From Centroscyllium fabricii (taxonomy: Eukaryota): a DNA stretch of 64,000 bases. Below, piece by piece: positions 36,556 to 48,289 of the stretch (the first letter of the stretch is position 1; the number at the start of each line of letters is the position of its first letter). Location of the stretch: NCBI GenBank assembly GCA_051313645.2, contig JBNRSN020000056.1:5084001-5148000 (forward strand), written 5' to 3'. The position numbers and the translations under genes are program-made. The notes below the pieces were generated by a model that made no database searches, was not told the origin of the DNA, and saw nothing but the letters and a program-made list of their open reading frames with translations.

Positions 36556-37388
36556 TTTATATCTTAAATCCCTTGTTCTAGTAGACTTTAGTACCCTTCG
36601 TTTCCTTTTTAGATTTACTGAATCCCACTACTTTTAGTAGTTTTTAGAAAAGTTTGAGGAAAGTACTCACCAGTCCCTTGCCTCCTGTTGTGAAGGTTTT
36701 CTCTGTCCTGGAACCCTTTCCACCTAGGTTGGGCTCCTGAAAATAAAATAATTTGAACGTACCTTTTTTTAAATCGCTCTAACCCCCTAAGGTTAGAGGA
36801 GGATGGAAGGGTGGGAAACACTACCACGTAGTGTTTCGGGTTTAGCACACAGCTCCCCTTTTATACTGCAAAGAAAGTCCCACGAGACTTGCCGAGACTT
36901 GTCCCGCCCCCCGGCGACGCTGCTGATCGGCTTTTAAAAAAGCCCGCGCTGGCTCAGCTCTCCTGGCTCCGTTTCCCTGAAGCAACGCTAGCTCAGCTCC
37001 CCTGGAAGGAAAGGAAAGTTACCTGTCCTTCTCTCCTGGCTCAGCTCCCCTGAAGCAGCGTTAGCTCAGCTCCCCTGGAAGGAAAGTTACAGCTCCCCTG
37101 GAAGGAAAGTTACCTGTCCTTTTTCTGCGCCTCAGGCTCCCAGCTGGCTGGTTGAGAATAGAACTGAGGCTTTTATTCACTAAGAACCCTGGACATCCTT
37201 AGACTGACTGGCAACTCCTTGTACTGGGCCAGGCTCCCAGAGCTCGGGCCTTTATCAGGTAGGCTAGGGGCGGAGTCAGCTTCAGGCATGCCCGGGCATG
37301 TATACACACAGGCAAATATATACAACAGTGGTTTACCACATTCACCCCTTCTTTAAAAATGAGTCCAGTGGGGTTAAGTGAGACAAAG

Positions 37389-40300
37389 TCAAGTGTACAT
37401 GAGTCTTTCAGGAGGTCTGGTACGCCTCTGTGATCGTCGTGGCTCCAGCTGCGGTGCTGGTTCCACGTCTTTGTCCGCACGGGGGCAGTCGGTGGTCGGC
37501 GGCTGGGTCCTTGGATCCGGCGCGCAGTGTACAGGGGCTAGGGGAGAAAGATGAGATGCAGGTGCCTCCCGGGGGGTGGTGGTTTGCAAAAGGGGGGGGT
37601 GGCGGAGTTCGGCAGCATCGGGGGCACCTGAGGGGGCGAGGTCCCTAATAGAAACGGTGTCCTCCCGCCCGTCCGGATACGCAATGTAGGCGTATTGGGG
37701 GTTTGCGTGGAGGAGTTGGACTCTTTCGACGAGGGGGTCCGTCTTATGGCTCCTGACATGTTTCCGGAGCAAGCCGACTCCTGGGGACGTCAGCCAAGAT
37801 GGGAGCGATGTCCCTGATGTGGACTTACTGGGGAAGACAAAAGTTTTTTCATGAGGGGTGGCGTTTATGGCAGTGCAGAGGAGGGATCGGATAGCATGGA
37901 GTGCATCCGGGAGAACGTCTTGCCAGCGCGAGACCGGAAGGCCCCTGGACTTTAGGGCTAGCAGGGTGGCCTTCCAGACTGTAGCGTTCTCCCTCTCCAC
38001 CTGTCCGTTCCCCCGGGGATTGTAGCTGGTAGTCCTGCTCGTGGCGACGACTCCAGCGAGCAGGTACTGTCGCAGCTCGTCGGTCATAAATGAGGAACCC
38101 CAGTCGCTATGGATGTAGCTGGGGAACCCGAACAGGGCGAAGAGATTGTGCAGGGCCTTGATGATCGTGGCCGAGGTCATGTCAGGGCAGGGAACGGCGA
38201 AGGGGAACCGTGAGTACTCATCAATAATGGTGAGAAAGTACACATTGCGGTCGGGGGAGGGGAGGGGTCCCTTGAAATCGATGCTGAGGCGCTCGAAGGT
38301 ACGGGTGGCCTTGATCAGTTGTGCCCTGTCTGGCCTGTAAAAGTGCGGTTTGCACTTGGCGCAGACCTGGCAGTCCCTGGTCATGGTCCTGACCTCCTCA
38401 ATGGAGTAGGGCAGGTTGCGGGCCTTGACAAAATGGAAGAACCGGGTGGCAGAGGTCGTTGTGGAGGGACCGCAGTCGATCCACCTGCACGCTGGTGCAT
38501 GTTCCCCGGGAGAGGGCGTCTGGGGGCTCGTTGAGCTTCCCGGGCCGGTACAAGATATCGTAGTTGTAGGTGGAGAGTTCAATTCTCCACCTCAATATCT
38601 TGTCGTTTTTGATTTTACCCCGCTGCTTGTTGCTGAACATAAAAGCAACTGAGCACTGGTCAGTGAGCAGGGTAAACCGTTGACCGGCCAAGTAATGCCT
38701 CCAGTGGCGCACAGCTTCCACTATGGCCTGGGCCTCCTTCTCGACAGAGGAGTGTCTAGTCTCGGGGCCTTGGAGGGTCCGGGAGAAGAAGGCCACGGGT
38801 TTGCCCGCCTGGTTAAGGGTGGTGGCCAGGGCAAAGTCGGACGCATCGCTCTCCACCTGAAATGGGGCGGTTTCGTCCACCGCGTGCATGGTGGCCTTAG
38901 CGATGTCCCGTTTGATGCGGTCGAAGGCCATACGGGCCTCCGTCGTCAGGGGAAAGGAGGTGGACTTAAGGAGCGGGCGGGCCTTGTCTGCAAAGTTAGG
39001 GACCCACTGGGCGTAGTAGGAGAAGAAGCCCAGGCATCTTCGCAGGGCCTTTTGGCAATGGGGGAGGGGGAGTTCCATGAGCGGGCGCATGCGGTCTGGG
39101 TCGGGACCGATGACCCCGTTTTCCACGACACAGCCAAGAATGGCAAGGCGTGTTGTGCGGAACATGCATTTCTCCTTGTTATAGGTGAGATTAAGGAGTT
39201 GGGCCGTGCGAAGGAATTTTTCCAGGTTGGCGTCATGGTTCTGCAGGTCATGGCCGCAGATGGTCACGTTGTCGAGGTACGGGAACGTGGCCAGCAGCCC
39301 GTGCTGGTCAACCATACGGTCCATCTCCCGTTGGAAAACCGAGACGCCATTGGTGACCCCGAAGGGGACCCTGAGGAAGTGGTGGAGGTGGCCGTTAGCC
39401 TCGAAGGCAGTATAGCGGCGGTCCGCGGGGAGGATGGGGAGTTGGTGATGAGCCGATTTCAGGTCAGTGGTGGAGAACACCTTGTACTGCGCAATCTGAT
39501 TGACCATGTCAGATATGCGGGGGAGGGGGTACGCGTCCAACTGCGTAAAGTGGTTGATGGTCTGGCTGTAGTCGATAACTAATCGGTTCTTTTCACCGGT
39601 CTTAACGACTACTTGGGCCCTCCAGAGGCTGGTGCTAGCCTCAATCACCCCCTCCTTCAGGAGCCGCTGTACCTCGGACTTGATGAAAGCCCTGTCCCCA
39701 GCACTGTATCTCCTGCTCTTAGTGGCTATGGGTTTACAGTCTGGGGTGAGGTTAGCGAACAGTGGGGGAGGGGCGACCTTGAGGGTCGAGAGGCTGCAGA
39801 CGGTGGGCGGTTTGAGGGCCTCTGGCTGCGGACAGTGAGGGGGGGAATCGTAATGCGATTAAAGTGGGTTTGGAAGTCTAACCCCAGGAGGACGGCCGCG
39901 CAGAGGTTGGGTAGGACCAGGAGTTTGAAATCCTTGTACACTGCGCCGCTCACCAACAGGGTTACCACGCATTAACCGCCGACATCCGCGGTCTGGGATT
40001 TGGAAGCAAGGGAGATGCGCTGGTGCATGGGCCGAGTGGAGAGCGAGAGGCGGCGCACCGTATCGGGGTGGATAAAGCTTGCCGTGCTCCCCGAGTCAAA
40101 CAGGCAGTTCGTGGCGCAGCCGTTTACCTTAATGTCCATCATCGACTTTGTGAGGTGGTGGGGCCCAGACTGGTCCAAGGTAACGGAAGCCAGTACCGCG
40201 GCTGGTGGCTCATCGCAGTCAGTCGGGGAGCCGGGTCGGTCTGTGGCTGCAGGCTTCCAAGATGGCTGCTCCCATGAATCGCACATGGTGGGGTTTTCCA

Positions 40301-41104
40301 AGATGGCCACGAGGTCGGTTCGCACGCGGCGCTGCTGGGCCTGGGGGACGACTTGCAGATACTCGCGTAGTGTCCCTTCTTCTGGCAATGCGTGCACGTA
40401 GCGTCCTTCACCAGACAGCGCTGCCTGGAGTGCTTCACTTGGCCGCAGAAATAGCACTTCTGGCTCTGGGGTACCGCCGCGGTGGTCGGGGCGTTCACGG
40501 GGTGAGGCGAAGGTGGCAAGGCGTCGGGCCTGGCGTGTTCCACGCTGGCAGCTCCCGTGAGGTCCATGGGGTGGCCATGTGCATGTACGACTCCATACTC
40601 CGATCAGCCCCTTCGAGTGCGAGTCCGATGTCTGTGGCCTTCTTCAGGGACAGTTTCCCCAGTTCCAGCAGTCTCTTCCAGGTGTAGTCCGATTGTACGC
40701 CGGCGACGATGGCGTCTCGGACTAGCAGCTCCCTGTGCTCATCTGCTGAGGCCGTTTCGCAGTTGCAGGCTCTGCTGAGCTCCGTCAGGGCCCGCACAAA
40801 GCCCGCAAAACTGTGCCCGGGCCGTTGTTTGCGGGTCAGCAGGAGGTGCCTGGCGTAAACCGTGTTAGTCGGCTGCTCGTACTGCTCCTTGAGGAGGGCC
40901 ATCGCCGATGTGTAGGAGGTCGTTCCCTTGATGGTGATGGAGCCGTGACTGCAGAAGCAAGAGTTTCTGGGCATCCGACTGGACAGTGCTGGCGGAGGTC
41001 GCCAGGAATCCCTCAAAGCAGGTTAGCCAGTGGGAGAAGCTGCTCGGCGCCTCTGGAGCACTCGGGTCGAGTTCCAGGGTGGATAGCTTTAGGAGGGCGT
41101 CCAT
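37389..41104 (-). pseudogene. Gypsy gag-pol, frameshifted: gag with two Cys/His knuckles, protease, RT, RNase H, integrase
   Basis: CYFCGQVKHSRQRC and CTHCQKKGHYASIC; LFDSGS; RVPFGV..YLDN; SDASD..EKEAQA..TDQ; IDFKGP..HSD.G..NGQVER in the order PR-RT-RH-IN. Confidence 0.92.
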
Positions 41105-44095
41105 CTCAAAACTCTTAGTGAATAAAATTGATGCACGATCAATTATACTCGAGGCGAGGTTGAGAATACAACTGAGGCTTTTATTCACTAAGAACCCTGC
41201 ACATCCTTAGACTGACCAGCAACTCCTTGTACTGGGCCAGGCTCCCAGGGCTCGGGCCTTTATCAGGTAGGCTAGGGGCAGAGTCAGCTTCAGGCATGCC
41301 CGGGCATGTATACACACAGGCAAATATATACAACAGTGGTTTACCACAGTTTAGCAGAAATGTTTTTTTAACTTTGACAATTCCCCCCACCCCCCCCTCC
41401 TTTCTTGATGCTGTGTCTCCTTGCTGGGGTAGAGTGCCACGGGTGCTGTGGACCCTCCCTGTTTGGTCATTATTTATGCATGTGGCGGGCTATGTGACCG
41501 TCGGAGCTGTTGCCTGAACCTGATATCTAGATATGTACTTCCAGCAGGGTTCGCTGGATAGCGATTGATCCGGGAGCCCTGGACAAGTTGCTGCCCTAAC
41601 TGATTCTACTTGTGCCCTGGCTGGGATTGTTTATTTGCTGCCAGTTTTCTTTGCCTTCCTGTCTCTCGTGATTCTGTGCCGGTGAATGTCGAGAGACTAT
41701 TCGTCCTCGGGGACCATCACTGCTGAGTAGTTGCCACCTGACTTCCAGTGGGGTCACTGTGAGGAGGATGCCGAGAAATTCCAGTATGATTTGGACAGTT
41801 CGGTGATTAGGCAGATGCAATATAACGTGGATAAATGCGAGGTTATCCATTTTGGTGTCAAAAACAGGAAGGCAGATTATTATCTGAACAGCAATAGATT
41901 AGGAGATGGGGAAGTGCAACGAGACCTGGGTGTCCTTGTGCACCAGTCGCTGAAGGGAAGCATGCAGGTGCAGCAGGCGGTTAAGAAGGCAAATAGTATG
42001 TTGGCCTTCATAGCGAGAGGTTTGATTACAGGAACAAGGATGTCTTGCTGCAGTTGAACAGGGCCTTGATGAGACCACACCTTGAGTATTGTGTGCAGTT
42101 TTGGTCGCCTTATCTGAGGAAGGATGTTCTTGCCATGGAAGGAGTGCAGTGAAGATTCACCAGACTGATACCAGGGATGGCAGGAATGTCGTATGAGGAG
42201 AGATTGGGTCGATTGGGCTTATACTCGCTGGAGTTTAGAAGAATGAGAGGGGATCTCATTGAAACTTATAAAATTATAACAGGACTAGACAGACAAACAT
42301 AGAAACTAGGAGCAGGAGTAGGCCATTCGGCCCTTCGAGCCTGCTCCGCCATTCAATGAGATCATGGCTGATCATCCAAACCCAGCACCCCGCCCCTGCC
42401 CTCTCCCCATATCCCTATCGAGAATGCATTGACATATTTAATCCCCCTGACACTAAGGGTCAATTTATCCTGGCCAATCAACCTAACCTGCACATCTTTG
42501 GACTGTGGGAGGAAACCGGAGCACCCGGAGGAAACCCACGCAGACACGGGGAGAATGTGCAAACTCCACACAGATAGTACCCGAGGCTGGATTTGAACCC
42601 GGGTCTCCAGTGCTGTGAGACAACAATGCTAACCACTGTGCCACCGTGCAGGAAGGATGTTCCTGATGGCAGGGGAGTCCAGAACCAGGGGTCACAGTCT
42701 AAGGATAAGGGGTGAGCCATTTAGGACAGAGATGAGGAATTTCTTCACCCAGAGAGTGGTGAACCTGTGGAATTCTCTACCACAGAAGGCCGTAGAGGTC
42801 AATTCATTAAATATATTCGGAGTTGGATATATTTCTTAAGGCTAAAGGGATCAAGGGATGTGGGCAGAAGGCAGGGACAGGGTACTGGGTTTGGATGATC
42901 AGCCACGATCTCATTGAATGGCAGAGCAGGCTCGAGGGGCCGAATGGCCGACTCCTGCTCCTATCTTCTATGTTTCTATGTCACTGTGGATAGTGATCAG
43001 GAGTGGGAACCCTAGCTTCTTTTCATCCGCCCCCCTAACTCGGACACCAAAGCCGGTCTTGCTGCCCTCTTAGAGTGCTCATTCACTGAGGACCAGGGAG
43101 TCAATATGGGGCAGTTGTGTTTGTATTTCGTGCTTCACCAGGCAATGCACTTGCGCCCTAGGCCATCCGAGGTGCTGTTTTGCCTTTTGTTATCAGGGTT
43201 TTAATTGTTTTTATGCGCAAGTAACCTAACACGAGAGCACTAACAACATCTATCAAATATTGCAATACAGGTTGAGCGCCCCGAATCCGGCAACCACGGG
43301 ACCGAGGCTGAGCCGGTTTTGGTGTTTTTCTGGACTTCGGGACGTGTCTCTGATGTCCGAAGTCCGGAAATATCGCAACCGGGGCTCTGGCGTTTCTGGA
43401 CTTCGGACATCAGAAACGCGTTCCGAGTCTGGAAACGCCTGGGCCGCTCCGCGTAGAGCTGACTCGTTTCTCCGCCCCTCCCCTTTTGTTAAAGGGCAGG
43501 GACGCTGTGAGCGCCGCAGAGCATCCGACGGCCCACACTGGGCCACCAGGGCGGCGTGGTGCCGTGGCCGCAGCCTGGCGGAAACACTTGGTGGAGCCGT
43601 GCAGATTAAGGAGGATAAAACACAACACGGTGGCATAGTGGTTAGCACTGTTGCCTCACAGCACTGGAGACCCGGGTTCAAATCCGGCCTCGGGTACTAT
43701 CTGTGTGGAGTTTGCACATTCTCCACGTGTCTGCGTGGGTTTCCTCCGGGTGCTCCGGTTTCCTCCCACAGTCCAAAGATGTGCGGGTTAGGTTGATTGG
43801 CCAGGATAAATTGACCCTTAGTGTTAGGGGGATTAAATATGTGGGGTTACGGGGATAGGGTGGGATATGTGTCGGTGCAGGCTCGATAGGGATCGAGGGA
43901 TATGGGGACAAGGCAGGGACAGGGTGCTGGGTTTGGATGATCAGCCATGATCTCATTGAATGGCGGAGCAGGCTCGAGGGGCCGAATGGCCGACTCCTGC
44001 TCCTATCTTCTAAAAAAAACCCACTTATTGCATCACTCGCATTTTTCATAGGATTTTTCATAAAAAGACAACAAAAGGTAATGGCTTTTTAAGTA

Positions 44096-44318
44096 CAGGG
44101 TGAGCGTCCAAAATCCGGACTCCGGAACACTTTACGGATTCCGGACCACTTTACGGATTCCGGACTCTGGACCACTTTACGGATTCCGGACTCCGGACCA
44201 CTTTACGGATTCCGGACTCCGGGACATTTTCCGGATTCCGGATTCTGCAACATTTTACGGATTCCGGACGACCCTGCCACCAATCGTCCGGGATTCCGGA
44301 TTTTGGATACTCAACCTA
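44096..44318. mobile_element. Short Tigger-like MITE with GGATTCCGGA repeats
   Basis: TA|CAGGGTGAGCGTCCAAAATCCGG...CCGGATTTTGGATACTCAACCTA|TA. Confidence 0.8.
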
Positions 44319-44764
44319 TACAAAGAGTTAGAAATTGCTATCGCGGCTATTAAATTTTCAGTCCCTATTTGCTTCCTATTCCTGCTACATGGAGCACCTC
44401 ATTAGAATGGCAACTTTAGCTGCTCATCATCTTGTGGTTAAAACCTTTTGAGATGTAATTTGTTTACCCTTGCCTGATTCAGAAGGTTATGGTTTCAAGC
44501 CCCAGTCTAGAGGCGCGCATGTACAGTACTGAGGGAGTGCTGCGCTGTGGGAGGTGCCGTCTTTCGGATGTGGCGTCAAACCAAGGCGCCTCGGGTCGAC
44601 GTAAAAGTTCCCACGGCACTATTTGAAGACGACTAGGGGAGTTTTCCCGGTGTCCTGACCAACATTTATCCCTCAATCAACATCATTAAAACAGATTATC
44701 TGGTTGTTTGATTGCTGTTAGTGGGACCTTATTGTGTGCAAATTGGTTGCCATGTTCTCTTATA

Positions 44765-45360
44765 CAGGTTGAGCACCGTTAATCCGGTGACCAAAAAGCC
44801 GGCAACTTCAGTTGTCCGGCACAAATTGCCCTGACTGTCCTGCGCATGCGCAAAATGGCTGCCGCGATCGATGCTTCGGCGAATGATCTGTGCATGCGCC
44901 GCCGAACGGTGAGCGCATGCGCAGATCATTCAAACGGCCACCGGAGGCTGGACCGCCCTTTGCTTCCTCATTCGTGCACCGCTGAACGGTAAGGATCTGG
45001 CGCTCGCTCCAGCCTCACTCCCTCAGCGCTGACCAGGACCGCGCTCTACTAACTTGTTAGTGCTGTGCTGGGCCTGCAGCCTGGGCCTCAATTTATGGTT
45101 GTGGGGTGGGGTGGGGGGAGAGTCCCATCCTGTCTGCCTGGTGAGCCGAGCCGGGGGATCTTTGCACGGCGGGTTCTGGGCGGCTGCAGCTACACTGCAG
45201 GTGATCAAAACTTCCGGCGGTCATTTCCAATGTTGTGCGCATGCGCGCGGCCATTTCCAATGGTGCACGCTGCGCACTGGCCGACTTAATTCTTCCGTTT
45301 TTTTCAGTATACTGGCGCAGGCCTAGTCCTGCCCGTGCCGAATTAACGGTGCTCAACCTG
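44765..45360. mobile_element. Tigger-like MITE nested in a DeuSINE
   Basis: TA|CAGGTTGAGCACCGTTAAT...ATTAACGGTGCTCAACCTG|TA. Confidence 0.88.
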
Positions 45361-46101
45361 TATTACAACAGTGACTACACTTGAAAAAGTACTTAATTGA
45401 CGTCCTGAGATCATGAAAGGTGCTATGTAGATGCAAGTTATTTCTCTCTATGTGGGCATTATTCTTGGTTTTATACATACAGCTGAGGGCAATTTACTAC
45501 GTTGATCCAGCAGCTCTGACGGTAAAATATTTGTCAGTACACCTCCTCCGGCGGTCCTGTTGGTAAATGAACTGCCCACTATGGATGAGCTATACTGATC
45601 AGAAGAGTGCTCGGTTCAAACTCTCCTCTGTGTTGATTCAATTCAATTCAATTCAATTCAAGTTTTATTGTCATTGCAGAGTACTAGTACAATACAACGA
45701 GACGAAGACTCGACTCTCCCGAGAGTAGTGCAGACAAAAGAAACAAATTACATAAATAAATTGCATACAGTAAAGTTCATTATCAGGCGTGCAGGTACCG
45801 GAGTTTCTTTTTAGAGTTGAATTAGCTAATCTCAGTGGAGAAAGAAAGACTTGCATTTCTATAGCGCCTTTCACGACCGCAGGACGTCCCAAAGTGCTTT
45901 ACAGCCAATGAAGTACTTTTTGAAGAGGAGTCACTGTTATAATGTAGGAAACGCGGCAGCCAATTTGTGCACAGCAAGCTCCCACAAACAGCAATGTGAT
46001 AACGGCCAGAAAATCTGCTTTAGTGATGTTGATTGAGGGATAAACATTGGTCAGGGCACCGGGGAGAACTCCGCCCCCCCCCCCTGCTCTTCTTCGAAAT
46101 T

Positions 46102-46724
46102 CAGGTTGAGCACCGTTAATCCGGCACCCTCGGGACCAGGCCGGTGCCGCACCACTGATAATTCCGAACCACTGAAGGTTCGGGGGGACGCGCGGGTAGA
46201 ACACTCCCCGGGGCCCGGAGCGCGCGGGTAGAACACTCCCCGGGAGGGAGCCCGGGGATAGAATACTAAAAAGCAGAAACCCAAACGCCCGACGTCTTCG
46301 GCGCTCGCCCACCCATCGCGGGAAACTGTGGCGCCGCTGAGCGGCTTCCCCGGAAACTCAAGACCGCCGGTTTTGATTCGTGCCGGACCACTGAAGGTGC
46401 CGGACCATAGAATGGAATCATAGAGTCCCTACAGTGCAGATAGAGGCACCGACACATATCCCACCCTATCCCCGTAACCCCACATATTTAATCCCCCTAA
46501 CACTAAGGGTCAGTTTATCCTGGCCAATCAACCTAACCCGCACATCTTTGGACTGTGGGAGGAAACCGGAGCACCCGGAGGAAACCCACGCAGACACGGG
46601 GAGAATGTGCAAACTCCACACAGACAGTCACCCGAGGCCGGATTTGAACCCGGGCCCCTGGCGCTGTGAGGCAACAGTGCTAACCACTAACCCATCGGGT
46701 GCCGGATTACCGGTGCTCAACCTG
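46102..46724. mobile_element. Tigger-like MITE (contains a V-SINE; itself inside a DeuSINE)
   Basis: CAGGTTGAGCACCGTTAATCCGG...CCGGATTACCGGTGCTCAACCTG|TA. Confidence 0.85.
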
Positions 46725-47659
46725 TAGTGCCATGCAAAAAGTCTCACAACACCAGATTTATAGTCCAACGGTTTTATTTTAAATCACAAGCTTTCGGAGC
46801 TTTTGCCCCTTCGTCAGGCGAACAAAGAGAGACTGAACTCAAAGATCCAGTCCAACACCGGCACCTCCACATTATGTAGTGCCATGGGAATTTTTCATGT
46901 CCACCCGAGAGAGCAGACGGGGCCTCGGTTTAAAATCTCACCTGACGGACGCCGTCTCCGACAGTGCGGCGCTCCCTCAGCACTACACTGGGAGTGTCAG
47001 CCTAGATTTTTGTGCTCCAGCCTCTGGAGTGGGACTTGAACCCACCACCTTCTGACTCTGGCGCGAGAGAGAGCGCTGCCCACTGAGCCACGGCTGCCTT
47101 GGGTTAAGGCGAGCAAAGACCAGCCAGTGTTCCCGCTCCGTTCTTCATCAAGTGACTGGCTCGGCGTGACACCTGCGCATTTCTGCATTAACCATGTGAT
47201 TTGCTGCAATATTGCAGCAGCACGTTTCCTGCTGTCCCCTCCCCTCATCGACTAATGTACCTCATTTACAACTTTACTGCAGGTCTGGGGGCAGAATGGG
47301 GGCAAAATAAAATTTGCATTCAAAGCGAGAGCTCTTTCGAGGATATTAAAATGACAGTTGAAATAACTCAATTTCTTTTTTTTTTAACTCGGTATTTTCT
47401 CTCTCCAAGTACAGTAAACTCTTGTTTAAACGGCACTCCATCATCCGGAACTCTTTAATGACCGGCAAAATAGATAACCGGTAATCTTGCCGAATCCACC
47501 ATTTTTCATTTTTCAGAGTTTCTTGCGGTGGCCGAGTTAGTCAGTGTTTTTTAAAAAAAAATTGTTAAAAATTGCCTACCTTTCTGTTATCCGGAATTTA
47601 TCATCAACTGGCGCCATCCCGGTGCCGGATACGAAAGACTTTACTGTACTCATCATCAT

Positions 47660-47858
47660 CCGAGACTGTGCTTGACCAGGCCCGAGACTGTGCTTGACCA
47701 GGCCCGAGACTGTGCTTGACCGGGCCCCAGACTGTGCTTGACCGGGCCCCAGACTGTGCTTGACCGGGCCCCAGACTGTGCTTGACCGGGCCCCAGACTG
47801 TGCCCGACCAGAGCCCCAGACTGTGCCCGACCAGAGCCCCAGACTGTGCCCGACCAGA
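47660..47858. repeat. ~22-23 bp minisatellite CCAGACTGTGCTTGACCGGGCC, about x9
   Basis: Tandem units with a gradient of variants. Confidence 0.9.
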
Positions 47859-48158
47859 TTGCAAACCTCTGCCAACACTGCATGGAGAGCAGCCACGAGG
47901 AGGAGGTTAACTCTGTTTTCTTCTCTTCCGTCCCGCCCTATAGTACTTCGTCTGTGCTTGGCAGCTCCCTGCAGTCGCATGAGTTCAGGAGCTTAGCAGT
48001 TTGGTGCAGGCAATACGTCCACCATTCTGTGGACCAGCAGGCCGGTTCTCCTGTTTGTTGCTTCAGTTATGCTGCCTGACTTAAACATTTTTAAAATTCC
48101 TGTTCTTCTCTTTCCCCCCGCCTCCCCCCCCCCCCCCCCCCCCACCCCCGCCGCTTAG

Positions 48159-48289
48159 GTGAGAGTCCTCTGGAGTTCCTTCGAGATCTGCCCCAGTTCC
48201 AGAACATGAGGCAAGTACTTCAGCAGAACCTGTCAATGTTGCCAGCCCTACTTCAACAGCTGGGCAGAGAAAACCCACAGCTCCTGCAG
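48159..48289 (+). CDS. RAD23A: RAD23A-like exon 7 (XPC-binding/STI1 domain)
   Basis: poly-C tract then cttag; (G)[43 protein letters not shown]; donor GTAAGG. Confidence 0.96.

Larger units (their letters stand above)
32601..37149 (-). mobile_element. Near full-length CR1 LINE (4.5 kb)
   Basis: 5'UTR, ORF1, ORF2 and tail TTCTATGATTCTATG; GGTT at both junctions. Confidence 0.93.
32568..41348 (-). mobile_element. Full-length decayed Ty3/Gypsy LTR retrotransposon (Mag-like) with a LINE nested in its 3' LTR
   Basis: 220-bp TG..CA LTRs (41129-41348; 32568-32600 + ~37154-37340); TSD GTTTA at 32563-32567 and 41349-41353; PPT AAAGAAGGGGTGAA next to 37340. Confidence 0.93.

Noticed and set aside
36780-36860. 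HDV-like ribozyme at the CR1 5' region
   Set aside because: A hairpin and a UCCUC run are present, but I could not assemble the nested double pseudoknot.
38680-39582. 300-aa + strand ORF
   Set aside because: Antisense shadow of the GC-rich Gypsy pol, with no recognisable domain.
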